Assembly: GCA_030645735.1 (NCBI GenBank)
Contig: JAUSNP010000004.1
Coordinates: 10,739-74,738, forward strand
DNA length: 64,000 nucleotides
From: Candidatus Moraniibacteriota bacterium
GTDB lineage: Bacteria > Patescibacteriota > Minisyncoccia > Moranbacterales > UBA2206
Direction: 5' to 3'
A program made the translations under genes and the position numbers. Below the pieces are notes generated by a model, which saw only the letters and a program-made list of their open reading frames with translations, was not told where the DNA came from and ran no database searches. Position 1 is the first letter of the stretch, and every line of letters begins with the position of its first letter. Positions 30,801-38,108 of the stretch are shown here, one piece after another.

Positions 30801-32218
30801 GCCCTGCCTCTTGGCGCAATAGTGAAAACATCCCCACCACCGAGAGTTGCAGGTTGTGATATTTTAAAGACACTCTGGCTAACTCCTTCCTTCCCTTGAA
30901 TATGCAGATTGGCGGATGGCGTACTCGTCCCAATCCCCACATTCCCCTCAGCATAAATATTTTTCACATTCAAATCCCCCAACTCCTCCGTATTCTCTCT
31001 TTGAAATAAGTTAAATTGTGACAGAGTGGCGTCCCAGACCAAGGCTGCATAGCCGTTTAGGCTCGAGCGATAGAAACGCAAGCCCATAGTTTCATCAACT
31101 GTTGAATCAGTGTTGATGGCAAAGTATTCACTGGTAGTTCCGTTTAGGTCTGTTCCACCTACACTCATGTTGTCTACATACAAGCTAGACCAGTGATTGG
31201 TAGCTGAGCCCAAATTAAGTCCCGTGGTTGATGGAATCAAATTGGAATTGATGGTCACATTCTCACCCGAGGTTCCCAGTGTGGCCTCACCATTGATGAT
31301 GAGTGATCTAGCATTGATAGTTCCAGCAACATCCAGCGCATAGGCAGGATTGTCTACGCCGATGCCGACATTGCCGTTGTTTAAAATCACCATCCGTTTA
31401 ACATCGGCGATTTTGATGAAAACATCACCTATGCCATCGGCGTTGGAGTCAGCGATGACCAATGCGTCGTCCGTATTGGAAATGTTTTGAGAAGAGATCA
31501 AATCTCCCCAAGCCGGCAAGCCGTTGATGACGCTTAGGACTTGTCCATTAGTACCAATTTTTAAATTAGACAGTGTGTTAGCAGCTGAAGCAAAAAGGGT
31601 GTCGCCGACGGTGTAGGTGGTGAGACCAGTGCCACCAAAGTTTGTGGTGACAGCATCGCCTTCCCAGGTTCCCGTGGCAATCACGCCGAGCGTTGTGATG
31701 CTGGGTAGAATTTTAGCATCGATCTTTCCACCTTTAGCTAGTTGCACAATGTTGCCTTCGGCTGTGCCAAGAGTGGCGCCACCGACTGAGTAGGAATCTG
31801 AAGCCAATGGCACAGCACCAATCTTTTTTCTGGGCACCATTTCACTGTCTGTGTTGATGCGGATACCGATGTAGTAATCATTTTCAGAAAAGTTCAAATC
31901 GGCCGGCAAAGGAGTTTCTTCCCCGAGGAAAGCGCCGATAGAACCGTTTTCAATTTTCACCTTTTGGGTTTCCTCCCAAACTCTGGCTCCAGCATCAGCA
32001 TTAGATGGATAACCATCTGTCTTTGTGCGGTCAGTGGTGTAAATGGCAAAACGGATGTCATATTCCCCATTGGGAATTTCTTTGTTTTTGTTGTTGAGGA
32101 TGTAGGCGGAGACATCGAGTTTTTTGATGGCTTGCGCGTGATTGGAAAAAAACAAAAGACTGCCTACTGTTGTTAGTAGAGCGACAGTTGCAATTAGTTT
32201 TGTTTTTGTTCTAAACAT
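24875..32218 (-). CDS. Giant secreted fibre/adhesin protein 3 (2447 aa)
   Basis: Signal peptide (AQA), YadA-head-like G..N.A.G..AL..NTTG repeat blocks, GNVGIGT repeats, shared C-terminus. Confidence 0.85.
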   Translation of the reverse strand: MFRTKTKLIATVALLTTVGSLLFFSNHAQAIKKLDVSAYILNNKNKEIPNGEYDIRFAIYTTDRTKTDGYPSNADAGARVWEETQKVKIENGSIGAFLGEETPLPADLNFSENDYYIGIRINTDSEMVPRKKIGAVPLASDSYSVGGATLGTAEGNIVQLAKGGKIDAKILPSITTLGVIATGTWEGDAVTTNFGGTGLTTYTVGDTLFASAANTLSNLKIGTNGQVLSVINGLPAWGDLISSQNISNTDDALVIADSNADGIGDVFIKIADVKRMVILNNGNVGIGVDNPAYALDVAGTINARSLIINGEATLGTSGENVTINSNLIPSTTGLNLGSATNHWSSLYVDNMSVGGTDLNGTTSEYFAINTDSTVDETMGLRFYRSSLNGYAALVWDATLSQFNLFQRENTEELGDLNVKNIYAEGNVGIGTSTPSANLHIQGKEGVSQSVFKISQPATLGGGDVFTIAPRGRAVFTNNAQGAALTINQNISNTALELSTVASGSSGIYLYQSGVTTGNALSLSQTTSAFSGDGINMNFANGSGSFSGDFLDFNVNSVNKFKLDASGNGYFAGNLGIGTSSPNNFLQVAGLINFNNSLYSTSLGYQAGNANAGIHNSFVGYQAGALNTTGQDNIAVGYQALYSNTGGYNIAIGTGTLYSNTASNNIAVGYQTLNRNTAGQNNVAVGYQSMMYNIDGWSNSAFGMRALRYNTAGGYNSAFGVYAIYSNTTGSYNSAVGVDALRGNTTGNSNVGVGNGAGFQNSVGSGNIFVGYNAGYNELGSNKLYIDNSNTALPLIYGDFSTDALTINGTVGISGASTAGAKLTINGRVSQTGLGRSTYFGEDAGKVDDLTNNDNTGIGYLALFSNTTGGYNSALGNQALRANIAGFYNSALGNSALFSNTTGSYNSAFGPLALYSNTTGSYNSAMGNMALYSNTSGNSNIAIGLYALISNTTGSNNYAIGQETLRNISTNSNNIGFGYQAGYSALGSGNIFLGYQAGYSETGSDKLYIDNSNTATPLIYGDFSTNILAVNGSLGIGTTTPNNLLQVAGLINFDSAKNSTLIGAGASVNNTGNYNTALGVYVLGPNNTGMMNTAIGSYTLYANTSGAYNVAVGSEALRMNVLGSSNVAIGPYSLRNTIADNNSAMGYQSGFSITTGTYNTFLGNSAGNNASQKVDATNSMALGNGAYTTASNQVVLGNASVVETILRGNVGIGTTNPAYKLDIGGGDLNLAQNQYVRLGGAALFTHDGNSTSGTLSMGSANSINMRFNAGATDRMYIQASSGNVGIGTTTPGAKLEISSTTDNPIRLRKTTGGWNYIEFYNNTARQGYFGIDNSNNFLFAPELGGNIIVSNSSGTALLTVVNATGNIGIGTTTPNNSLQVSGLINFDDARFSTFLGYQAGNVNTGNWNTFTGYQAGNSNTTGGVNTANGYRALRFNTTGQENTANGGQALYTNTTGLQNTANGMNALYVNTTGSYNTANGRHTLFSNTTGSFNTANGVDTLYSNIIGNYNTGVGYQAGYSVLGSGNIFIGYKSGYSETGSNKLYIDNSNTASPLIYGDFSTDIVAFNGSVGIGTATPTSLLQVDGNGGYVSAMINSAAGQSRDLMFSSGGLSRWIIRANSVAESGSDVGTNLEFVSRTDAGALKSTVMTLLRTNGYVGIGTTAPAYKLEVAGSGLGDQFQITKFGNDGNASYGSWLKTRGTTAGSMVTTQDGDYLGIFQFGGVTSVNTFGQAARIIVQQDGTAGSTFYNPANMQFRVSSNTAEITAMTIKPTGNVGIGTTAPESKLHVISGASEIITLERATAITNSVASALFVRHTTSGDMVDGFGSSLTFQIKDSAGVANAVGSIQALRVGADNTSSLLLNSYSAGTPVEGMRITSNGRIGMGVTVPAEKLDILGNIKLSSTYPALRFKPTAWTENADFQVGINDSFTLEGAYAGFYIPANKGFLVSRGTNSHNFIVNSTTGYVGIGTNSPVGELHVTSSDTVSADRGITSSQHASSVHSALLNLRKSRGTILSPSTLANGDYIGSVGFFGYGTAYTQRATIFAIVNGTVVADSVPTDLVFRTGSTVVAEQMRITSAGNIGIGTSNPTAKLDVVGQTTSSDGFIQKTNAGACTDLTFTTATDGLTCLDTTLGTERLYFRTGGTWSYIAKTGGFQIPNYEVAPLNQLSKNTLKGVTPNELTHFQNYLTQQITPGELLIPYADSTLQDGAIHGLYARFADVKDQMFQEQISQIENLNLQVTGNITTVAELKNSVNTQFGSIEKSLSEITNNQDTSTKQISNINDQINAQTQNIASLQTITETLQQQITTLQSQIATPVNIAQIDANTQSIDYLNQLLGITDTSKAGDITIVGKLTSQITETGSIIITVDPKNKDKATIGEATIKAGDTSVTVNTKAVSGDSKVFVTSMIVTDQPLAVTKINAGEGFIVKIKIPSVEDLKFNWWLVDSK

Positions 32219-32252
32219 TCTTGATTAATATTCCTTGTGTTAAATTTGTTTT

Positions 32253-32915
32253 CTACTTTTCATTGATTGCCCAACCGAAGATATCATCAAAAGCTTTGCC
32301 GACTAGTTCAAAAACCGAGACAGCACGCGAACCAGAATAGATGCCATAGAAACCAGAAGTCAGTGAGTTGTTCCAGCGATCTTTACTTTTGATTTGATAA
32401 AGGTAACCCGTGCCTTGTGCTAAATTAGGTAGAACCAAACTGTGACTGAAACCAAAGCCATTCTCTTTGGCAGTTTTGGAACCCTGACCATTATTCTTGG
32501 CGTAGCTGATTTCTGAGTTAGTGAGTTTGTTAGATTTCCAAGTGATGACGGCGCGCGACTCTTCCCCTTTTTTATCAGCGAAGACTTCGCTTTTGATGTC
32601 ATAGATTTCAATCGGCAGACTTTCTTGATCGTCGCCAGCAACGAGGGTATCCCCCCCGAATCTAACTTGCTTGATGGTGAAGTTTTCACTGGTCAGATTC
32701 TTGTTTTGAGCAATGATTTCAGCAGGAATATCAGCGGTGTTTTCAGGTAAGATTTCGGTGACAGTTTTTTTCTCGATGGTGATGGGAGTTTCAGTTTTGA
32801 CGATGACTTCGGGAAGGTTATTTGACTTTTGTTTGAGCCATAGATACGAAAAAGCGGCCACTAAAAAAATTACAGTGATGACTGTTGCTATGCTCCATAA
32901 TTTTCTTTCGCTCAT
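32253..32915 (-). CDS. Membrane-anchored fibronectin-III-like protein, co-oriented upstream of giant gene 3
   Basis: N-terminal TM; AVITW.SN.....I.Y...H..VL.NL..GTGY.Y.I.S.D FN3 pattern. Confidence 0.7.
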   Translation of the reverse strand: MSERKLWSIATVITVIFLVAAFSYLWLKQKSNNLPEVIVKTETPITIEKKTVTEILPENTADIPAEIIAQNKNLTSENFTIKQVRFGGDTLVAGDDQESLPIEIYDIKSEVFADKKGEESRAVITWKSNKLTNSEISYAKNNGQGSKTAKENGFGFSHSLVLPNLAQGTGYLYQIKSKDRWNNSLTSGFYGIYSGSRAVSVFELVGKAFDDIFGWAINEK

Positions 32916-32988
32916 GAGTGGATTATACCATTTTTTTGCTTGCAGAACAATGATTTTTAGATAAGTTATCCACAGTTATACGCAAACA

Positions 32989-33019
32989 AAAAAATCTGAC
33001 CAGAAGGGTCAGATTTTTA
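32989..33019 (-). terminator. Intrinsic terminator after gyrB
   Basis: aaaaatctgacc-agaag-ggtcagattttt. Confidence 0.8.
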
Positions 33020-33043
33020 AAAATTTATAAACTAAATCTGTAC

Positions 33044-35128
33044 TTATACATCCAGATTTTTTACACTCTTAGCGTGAGTCTGAATAAATCGGCGCCGCGG
33101 TTCAACTTCTGAACCCATCAAAACATCAAACATCTTGTCAGCCGCTTCCGCGTCTTCAATGTTCACTTGCAACATCAAGCGATGCGCCGGATCCATGGTG
33201 GTATCCCAAAGTTGTTCTGGATTCATTTCTCCGAGACCTTTATAGCGTTGAATATTGATGCCGAGTGCCTTTTCTTCAGTGAGTTCCTCTGCTTCACCCT
33301 CTTCGCTATCAGTTTCCATAGTCATATTTTCCTCCACGGTCTTCAATGCTTCCAAAGCATCATCTTCATCCTTTTTGTCCTTCTTGTCTTTTTTAGTTTT
33401 GGCCAAAGTGGCTTTTATTTTTTCAATGGCCACAACTTTTTCTTCATCCGTGAAAACATATTGCACATCTTTGCCTTTTTGAATTCGGTAGAGCGGTGGT
33501 TGGGCAATATAAATAAATCCGCTACGAATCAACGGTTCATAATAACGATAGAAAAAAGTCAAAAGCAAAGTTCGAATATGTGATCCATCAACATCGGCAT
33601 CGGCCATGATGATGATTCGATGATATCTCAATTTATCAATATTGAAACTTTCGCCAATGCCTGCTCCCAGCGCGATGATGATTGGCTTCAAGGTGTCAGA
33701 TTTCACCACCTTGTCCAAAGTAGTTTTTTCCACATTCACCAATTTTCCACGCAATGGCAAAATGGCTTGGAATTTTCGGTCGCGTCCTTGTTTAGCTGAA
33801 CCACCAGCAGAGTCTCCCTCTACAATGTACAATTCAGTTTCAGCTGGATTTCGTGAAGAACAATCAGCCAATTTTCCTGGAAGAGTCATGCCTTCCAAAG
33901 CGCCTTTGCGAATCACGGCATCCTTAGCGGCGCGTGCTGCAATTCTGGCTTTGCAGGTCAACAAACATTTACCAATGATTGCCTTGGCATTGTTAGGATG
34001 TGATTCAAGATAATCTGCCAACGCTTCCGCCATCACACTCGAAACTGCGCCACGCATTTCTGAATTGCCCAACTTAGCTTTGGTCTGTCCTTCAAATTGC
34101 GGGTTGCGCAATTTCACACTGATAACCGCTGTCAAACCTTCTTGCAAATCTTCGGCTGTCAAATTTTCTTCTTTTTCTTTAAGAATATTATTTTTTCTAG
34201 CATAGGCATTCACCACGCGCGTCAAAGCAGTGCGGAAACCGACTTCATGCATTCCACCCTCTGGCGTAAAAATGTTATTGGCAAAAGAAAAAACATGCTC
34301 TTTATAACTGTCCGTATATTGCATAGCAATTTCCACCACTGTATCAGTCGTGTCATCTTTCTTTTCTACATAGAAAGGCAATTCATTCTTGATTTCCTTG
34401 CCACGATTTAAAAATTTGATAAATGAAACCAGTCCTCCATCAAACAAAAAGCCATAAGCCCGTTCCTTGCCAGCTTCTCGACTATCATAAACTTTGATGG
34501 TGATGCCTTTGGTCAAAAAAGCTTGGTGCCTGACATAGCCCAAAATCTTTTCCCAGCTATATTTTATTTCTGGGAAAATTTGCGGGTCAGCTTGAAAAGA
34601 AATAGTTGTTCCAGTCTTGTCAGATTTGCCAGTCACTTTTGGTTCCTTGCTTTTTGGCACACCGCGTTCAAATTCCATCGCATACACTTTGCCATCACGA
34701 CGCACTTCCGCCTTGGTCCAAACTGACAACGCATTCACCACGGACACACCCACACCATGCAAACCACCAGAGATTTTGTAGCCATTGCCACCAAATTTTC
34801 CTCCAGCATGCAAAACGGTCAACACAGTTTCCAAGGTTGATTTTTTAGTTTGCGGATGAATTTCAACTGGGATTCCACGACCATCATCCGAAATTTCTAC
34901 CAAATCGTTTGGCAAAAGTTTAATGATAATATCTTTTCCATAACCCGCCATCGCCTCATCGATGGAGTTATTAATAACCTCCCAAATCAAATGATGCAGA
35001 CCTTCAGTTGAAGTTCCACCAATATACATTCCGGGGCGTTTGCGCACTGGCTCTAGTCCCTCCAAGACCTGGATGGAGCTAGCAGTGTACCCGCCATTAT
35101 CTTTTTTTAATTCTTTTTCTTTAGCCAT
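33044..35128 (-). CDS. gyrB: DNA gyrase subunit B
   Basis: LEGLEPVRKRPGMYIG, HAGGKF, EGDSAGG, DADVDG, QRYKGLGEMNPEQLW. Confidence 0.95.
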   Translation of the reverse strand: MAKEKELKKDNGGYTASSIQVLEGLEPVRKRPGMYIGGTSTEGLHHLIWEVINNSIDEAMAGYGKDIIIKLLPNDLVEISDDGRGIPVEIHPQTKKSTLETVLTVLHAGGKFGGNGYKISGGLHGVGVSVVNALSVWTKAEVRRDGKVYAMEFERGVPKSKEPKVTGKSDKTGTTISFQADPQIFPEIKYSWEKILGYVRHQAFLTKGITIKVYDSREAGKERAYGFLFDGGLVSFIKFLNRGKEIKNELPFYVEKKDDTTDTVVEIAMQYTDSYKEHVFSFANNIFTPEGGMHEVGFRTALTRVVNAYARKNNILKEKEENLTAEDLQEGLTAVISVKLRNPQFEGQTKAKLGNSEMRGAVSSVMAEALADYLESHPNNAKAIIGKCLLTCKARIAARAAKDAVIRKGALEGMTLPGKLADCSSRNPAETELYIVEGDSAGGSAKQGRDRKFQAILPLRGKLVNVEKTTLDKVVKSDTLKPIIIALGAGIGESFNIDKLRYHRIIIMADADVDGSHIRTLLLTFFYRYYEPLIRSGFIYIAQPPLYRIQKGKDVQYVFTDEEKVVAIEKIKATLAKTKKDKKDKKDEDDALEALKTVEENMTMETDSEEGEAEELTEEKALGINIQRYKGLGEMNPEQLWDTTMDPAHRLMLQVNIEDAEAADKMFDVLMGSEVEPRRRFIQTHAKSVKNLDV

Positions 35129-35135
35129 ACTGATA

Positions 35136-35267
35136 AAATTACAAATTCAAAATTACAAATATCAAACAAATTCAAAATTACAATTTTCAAAATTCAAAAC
35201 AATTTTGAATTTCAATTTTTGGTTATTGTGATTTATTTGGAATTTGAGATTTTGAATTTTGGATTTA
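35136..35267. repeat. Heptamer-repeat palindromic element (copy A)
   Basis: Near-identical to 51231-51362. Confidence 0.85.
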
Positions 35268-35295
35268 ACAAATTATAAATTTTTAAAAAATCTCG

Positions 35296-35667
35296 CTACT
35301 CCCTAGATACAAAATAAAACTCTATCAAAAATATTCCTGCCAACAACAATAATCCATCCCACCAAACTAGCAATCTCAGGCTTTGCAAAATCAGAAGTCC
35401 AATCGCAAACAATGCCAACAACATTCCCTGTCGAAAACTAAGTCCGACATTGGAAAAAGCATTTTCCATATCCACATTTTTTCTACGTAACCACAACAAC
35501 AACAGATTGAAAAGCCCACTCAGAGCAAAAAACAAACTGCAATAAAAAAGCAATTTGCCCGCCACACCTGTCGCATCTGGATCAACGAATTTGACCACAA
35601 AAACAAATGCCACAACTGAAAGCAAAGTTACCAAACGAATGCCCCAAATGTATGATTTTAAGGTCAT
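35296..35667 (-). CDS. Small 4-TM membrane protein
   Basis: 123 aa, hydrophobic, SFRQG motif. Confidence 0.75.
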   Translation of the reverse strand: MTLKSYIWGIRLVTLLSVVAFVFVVKFVDPDATGVAGKLLFYCSLFFALSGLFNLLLLWLRRKNVDMENAFSNVGLSFRQGMLLALFAIGLLILQSLRLLVWWDGLLLLAGIFLIEFYFVSRE

Positions 35668-35744
35668 AGAAGTTTAATTGTTTTTTTATTTTACTTTTTT
35701 AATTATACAGCATTTCAAATATTTTGGCAAAGGCTTAAATAAAG

Positions 35745-35776
35745 CAAAAACAGTCCGCCAAGACGAACTGTTTTTG
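35745..35776 (-). terminator. Intrinsic terminator, probably the original tRNA-Asp terminator displaced by integration
   Basis: caaaaacagttcgtc-tt-ggcggactgtttttg; the mismatches become G-U pairs only on the minus-strand RNA. Confidence 0.7.
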
Positions 35777-35897
35777 ATATGCGGGAAGGACAGTTGATAG
35801 GTGGGAACATGTTTCCAAGGCTGGTGACTGGCATTTTGGAGAATTGGGATAGGATTGAGGTGAAAGTGGAAAGGATGGAGACTTTGATGAAGGGTTG

Positions 35898-36110
35898 CTA
35901 GTTACTAGCCTTGTCTTGCGTTTGTTTCATCTTTGCTAGAGCGCCATTTATAAACACCATTCCGAGCCTACTAAGCTTATCCATATGTAATTCAGCCTCA
36001 TCCTCGGTGATTTTCTTGCCGGAGCGTTCGAATATGAGATTCTGACACTTCTTGATTAGCTCATTTGAATATGTGCGACTTGGTTGTTCTTCTCTTTTTA
36101 AGTTTGTCAT
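35898..36110 (-). CDS. Small helical protein, paralog 1 (ELIKKCQ..IFERSGKKITEDEA family)
   Basis: Similar to 36664-36855 and 44702-44896. Confidence 0.7.
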   Translation of the reverse strand: MTNLKREEQPSRTYSNELIKKCQNLIFERSGKKITEDEAELHMDKLSRLGMVFINGALAKMKQTQDKASN

Positions 36111-36192
36111 ATTCTTTGTGATGATAGTGAAAACAAATTGACCACACTCTTTATTATGCAACAATTGAATAAAAAAATTTTACTTTTTTTAT

Positions 36193-36642
36193 CTAAATTA
36201 TATTTAGATAGACAAAAAATAAAACACTTATAAGATTCACGAATAACAACGCCGTCATAACAAAAGTTTGAATTTCGATAAATTTCGATTGCCATGCCTT
36301 TCCTCCAAATGGGCCAACTAGATGTTTTCCAGTTTCTCTTGCGTGTTTAGTATAAACTTCGGCTGATTCTCGAGTAATTAAAAAATAAAAGAGATTTTCC
36401 AATAAAGCCGCCAAAACAATTAAAACAGCGGTGAGAATTATGATAAAAAAGAAAACTTTCTTGTAATTTGTATCAAGAGACACTGATGTTGAAAGAAAGA
36501 AAAGCCCCGATGTAACAGGCGTGTATATTGTCAAAAGAAGTTTTGAAAATATCCTTCTTTCTTTATCTGTTTCATTAATCAGTTTGTTAAACACCCGCAT
36601 GATTGTTAGTTCATCATTTGGATCTAATTTATCGGTATCCAT
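36193..36642 (-). CDS. Hypothetical 3-TM membrane protein
   Basis: 149 aa, three hydrophobic segments. Confidence 0.7.
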   Translation of the reverse strand: MDTDKLDPNDELTIMRVFNKLINETDKERRIFSKLLLTIYTPVTSGLFFLSTSVSLDTNYKKVFFFIIILTAVLIVLAALLENLFYFLITRESAEVYTKHARETGKHLVGPFGGKAWQSKFIEIQTFVMTALLFVNLISVLFFVYLNII

Positions 36643-36663
36643 TTCGGTTAATAACTAAATTTA

Positions 36664-36855
36664 TTATTTCTTTTTTACTTGTTCCTCTTGATCCAAAACT
36701 TTCACCGCCAGCATGAAATAGCGCGCAAATTTTTCGAGATATAATTCGGCCTTGTCCTTAGTGATTTTTTTGCCGGAGCGTTCAAATATGATCCGCTGGC
36801 ACTTTTTAATCAATTCACTCGAGAATGTGCGTTTTGGCTGATTTTCTTTTATCAT
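36664..36855 (-). CDS. Small helical protein, paralog 2
   Basis: RTFSSELIKKCQRIIFERSGKKITKDKAEL. Confidence 0.7.
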   Translation of the reverse strand: MIKENQPKRTFSSELIKKCQRIIFERSGKKITKDKAELYLEKFARYFMLAVKVLDQEEQVKKK

Positions 36856-36921
36856 ATTATTTGCCTTGTTGCAAAAACAAATCGCTGTTGTGCTTATTAT
36901 GCGATAGAGCGATTAAAAAAA

Positions 36922-37221
36922 TTACTTTTTTCCAGATTCCAAATTTTGTTCGGCTGGCGAAAGACCACCGGCGGCTTTATGCGGAAAATAATTCCAAGCG
37001 TCTGTGACAAGCTCCAAAACATTGCCCAATTCTGAGGCATCGCCACCACGGTCAAACATCGCCACGACATGCATAAAATCATCCTGCTCTTCTTCGTTGA
37101 AAATCGCATCTTTGATATCTCGCAATTCAAAATCACTTTCAGTTTCTTCAAGCATTTCCAAAATCTCGCTTTCAATTTCTTTGCGCCTTTCTAAAATTTC
37201 TTCTTTTGTTTCAGTTTCCAT
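36922..37221 (-). CDS. Acidic hypothetical protein (DAWNYFPH...GGLSP motif)
   Basis: 99-aa ORF 5 nt downstream of the protease gene. Confidence 0.7.
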   Translation of the reverse strand: METETKEEILERRKEIESEILEMLEETESDFELRDIKDAIFNEEEQDDFMHVVAMFDRGGDASELGNVLELVTDAWNYFPHKAAGGLSPAEQNLESGKK

Positions 37222-37226
37222 ATTTT

Positions 37227-38102
37227 TTATTTTTCAGATCCAACATCTTGAACTTTTGCCTCCTCGGTTTTTTGAGGTAGAGGAATTTTGTCAATAATTT
37301 CAAATATTAATTCGATAGGCACAACTCTTACTAATCCAGTTTGTTCTGTAAATATTATTCTAGGCTCACCAGTCTGCTGACTAATAGCAACATCAGAATA
37401 ATTTTCTCCTGAACTAACAACGCCTATTAATCCTGCGGAAGGATTACTTTGGGTGCCAGCAATTGCTAGCAATTCCGGTTTATGGATAACTGGGCCTCCA
37501 CTATTTCCGGGATAAGCCGAAGCATCGATATAGAAAAAACCTTCCCCCAATACTTCTTCATCAACTCTAGCTATTATTCCTTGTCTAACAATAACAAAAT
37601 TTCTTGCTTTACCACTTATACGCATTGGAAATCCAAGTACAAACAATCCATCGCCGGTTGAAATATTTTTTGTTGCAAAATCTTTAGCATAAAATAACTC
37701 TTCCCCAACAAAAAAATCGTAATTTATTTTTGCCTCGTCTATTGCAGTAGCGTTAATTGGAAGCACCGCCAAATCAACTCTTTCATCTTCGTGCATTAAC
37801 CAGAGAGGACAACCATCACTCTTTAATAAATTCACTTTGAAATAATGACTTTTATTATCCAAAGTGTTAAATCTAAAAAATACCTCCTTGAGAAATTCCT
37901 TTGTTTTTTTATTCTGATATACATGCCTATTTGTCACAATAAACAACCTGAAGAGGGCGCCTCCTTCATTACTTTTGCCTGTTGGTTTTCCCACCAAAAA
38001 ACCCGTTGCAATTGAGTTTTTTTGCAACAATCCATTATTATCTTTACTCTCAACTTCAATTGATACAACTGAGTTTAAATAATGTGGTGGTATTAATGAC
38101 AT
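37227..38102 (-). CDS. Trypsin-like serine protease
   Basis: ATGFLV, TNRHV (His), VDLAV (Asp), PGNSGGPV (Ser); no signal peptide. Confidence 0.85.
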   Translation of the reverse strand: MSLIPPHYLNSVVSIEVESKDNNGLLQKNSIATGFLVGKPTGKSNEGGALFRLFIVTNRHVYQNKKTKEFLKEVFFRFNTLDNKSHYFKVNLLKSDGCPLWLMHEDERVDLAVLPINATAIDEAKINYDFFVGEELFYAKDFATKNISTGDGLFVLGFPMRISGKARNFVIVRQGIIARVDEEVLGEGFFYIDASAYPGNSGGPVIHKPELLAIAGTQSNPSAGLIGVVSSGENYSDVAISQQTGEPRIIFTEQTGLVRVVPIELIFEIIDKIPLPQKTEEAKVQDVGSEK

Positions 38103-38108
38103 AAGATT

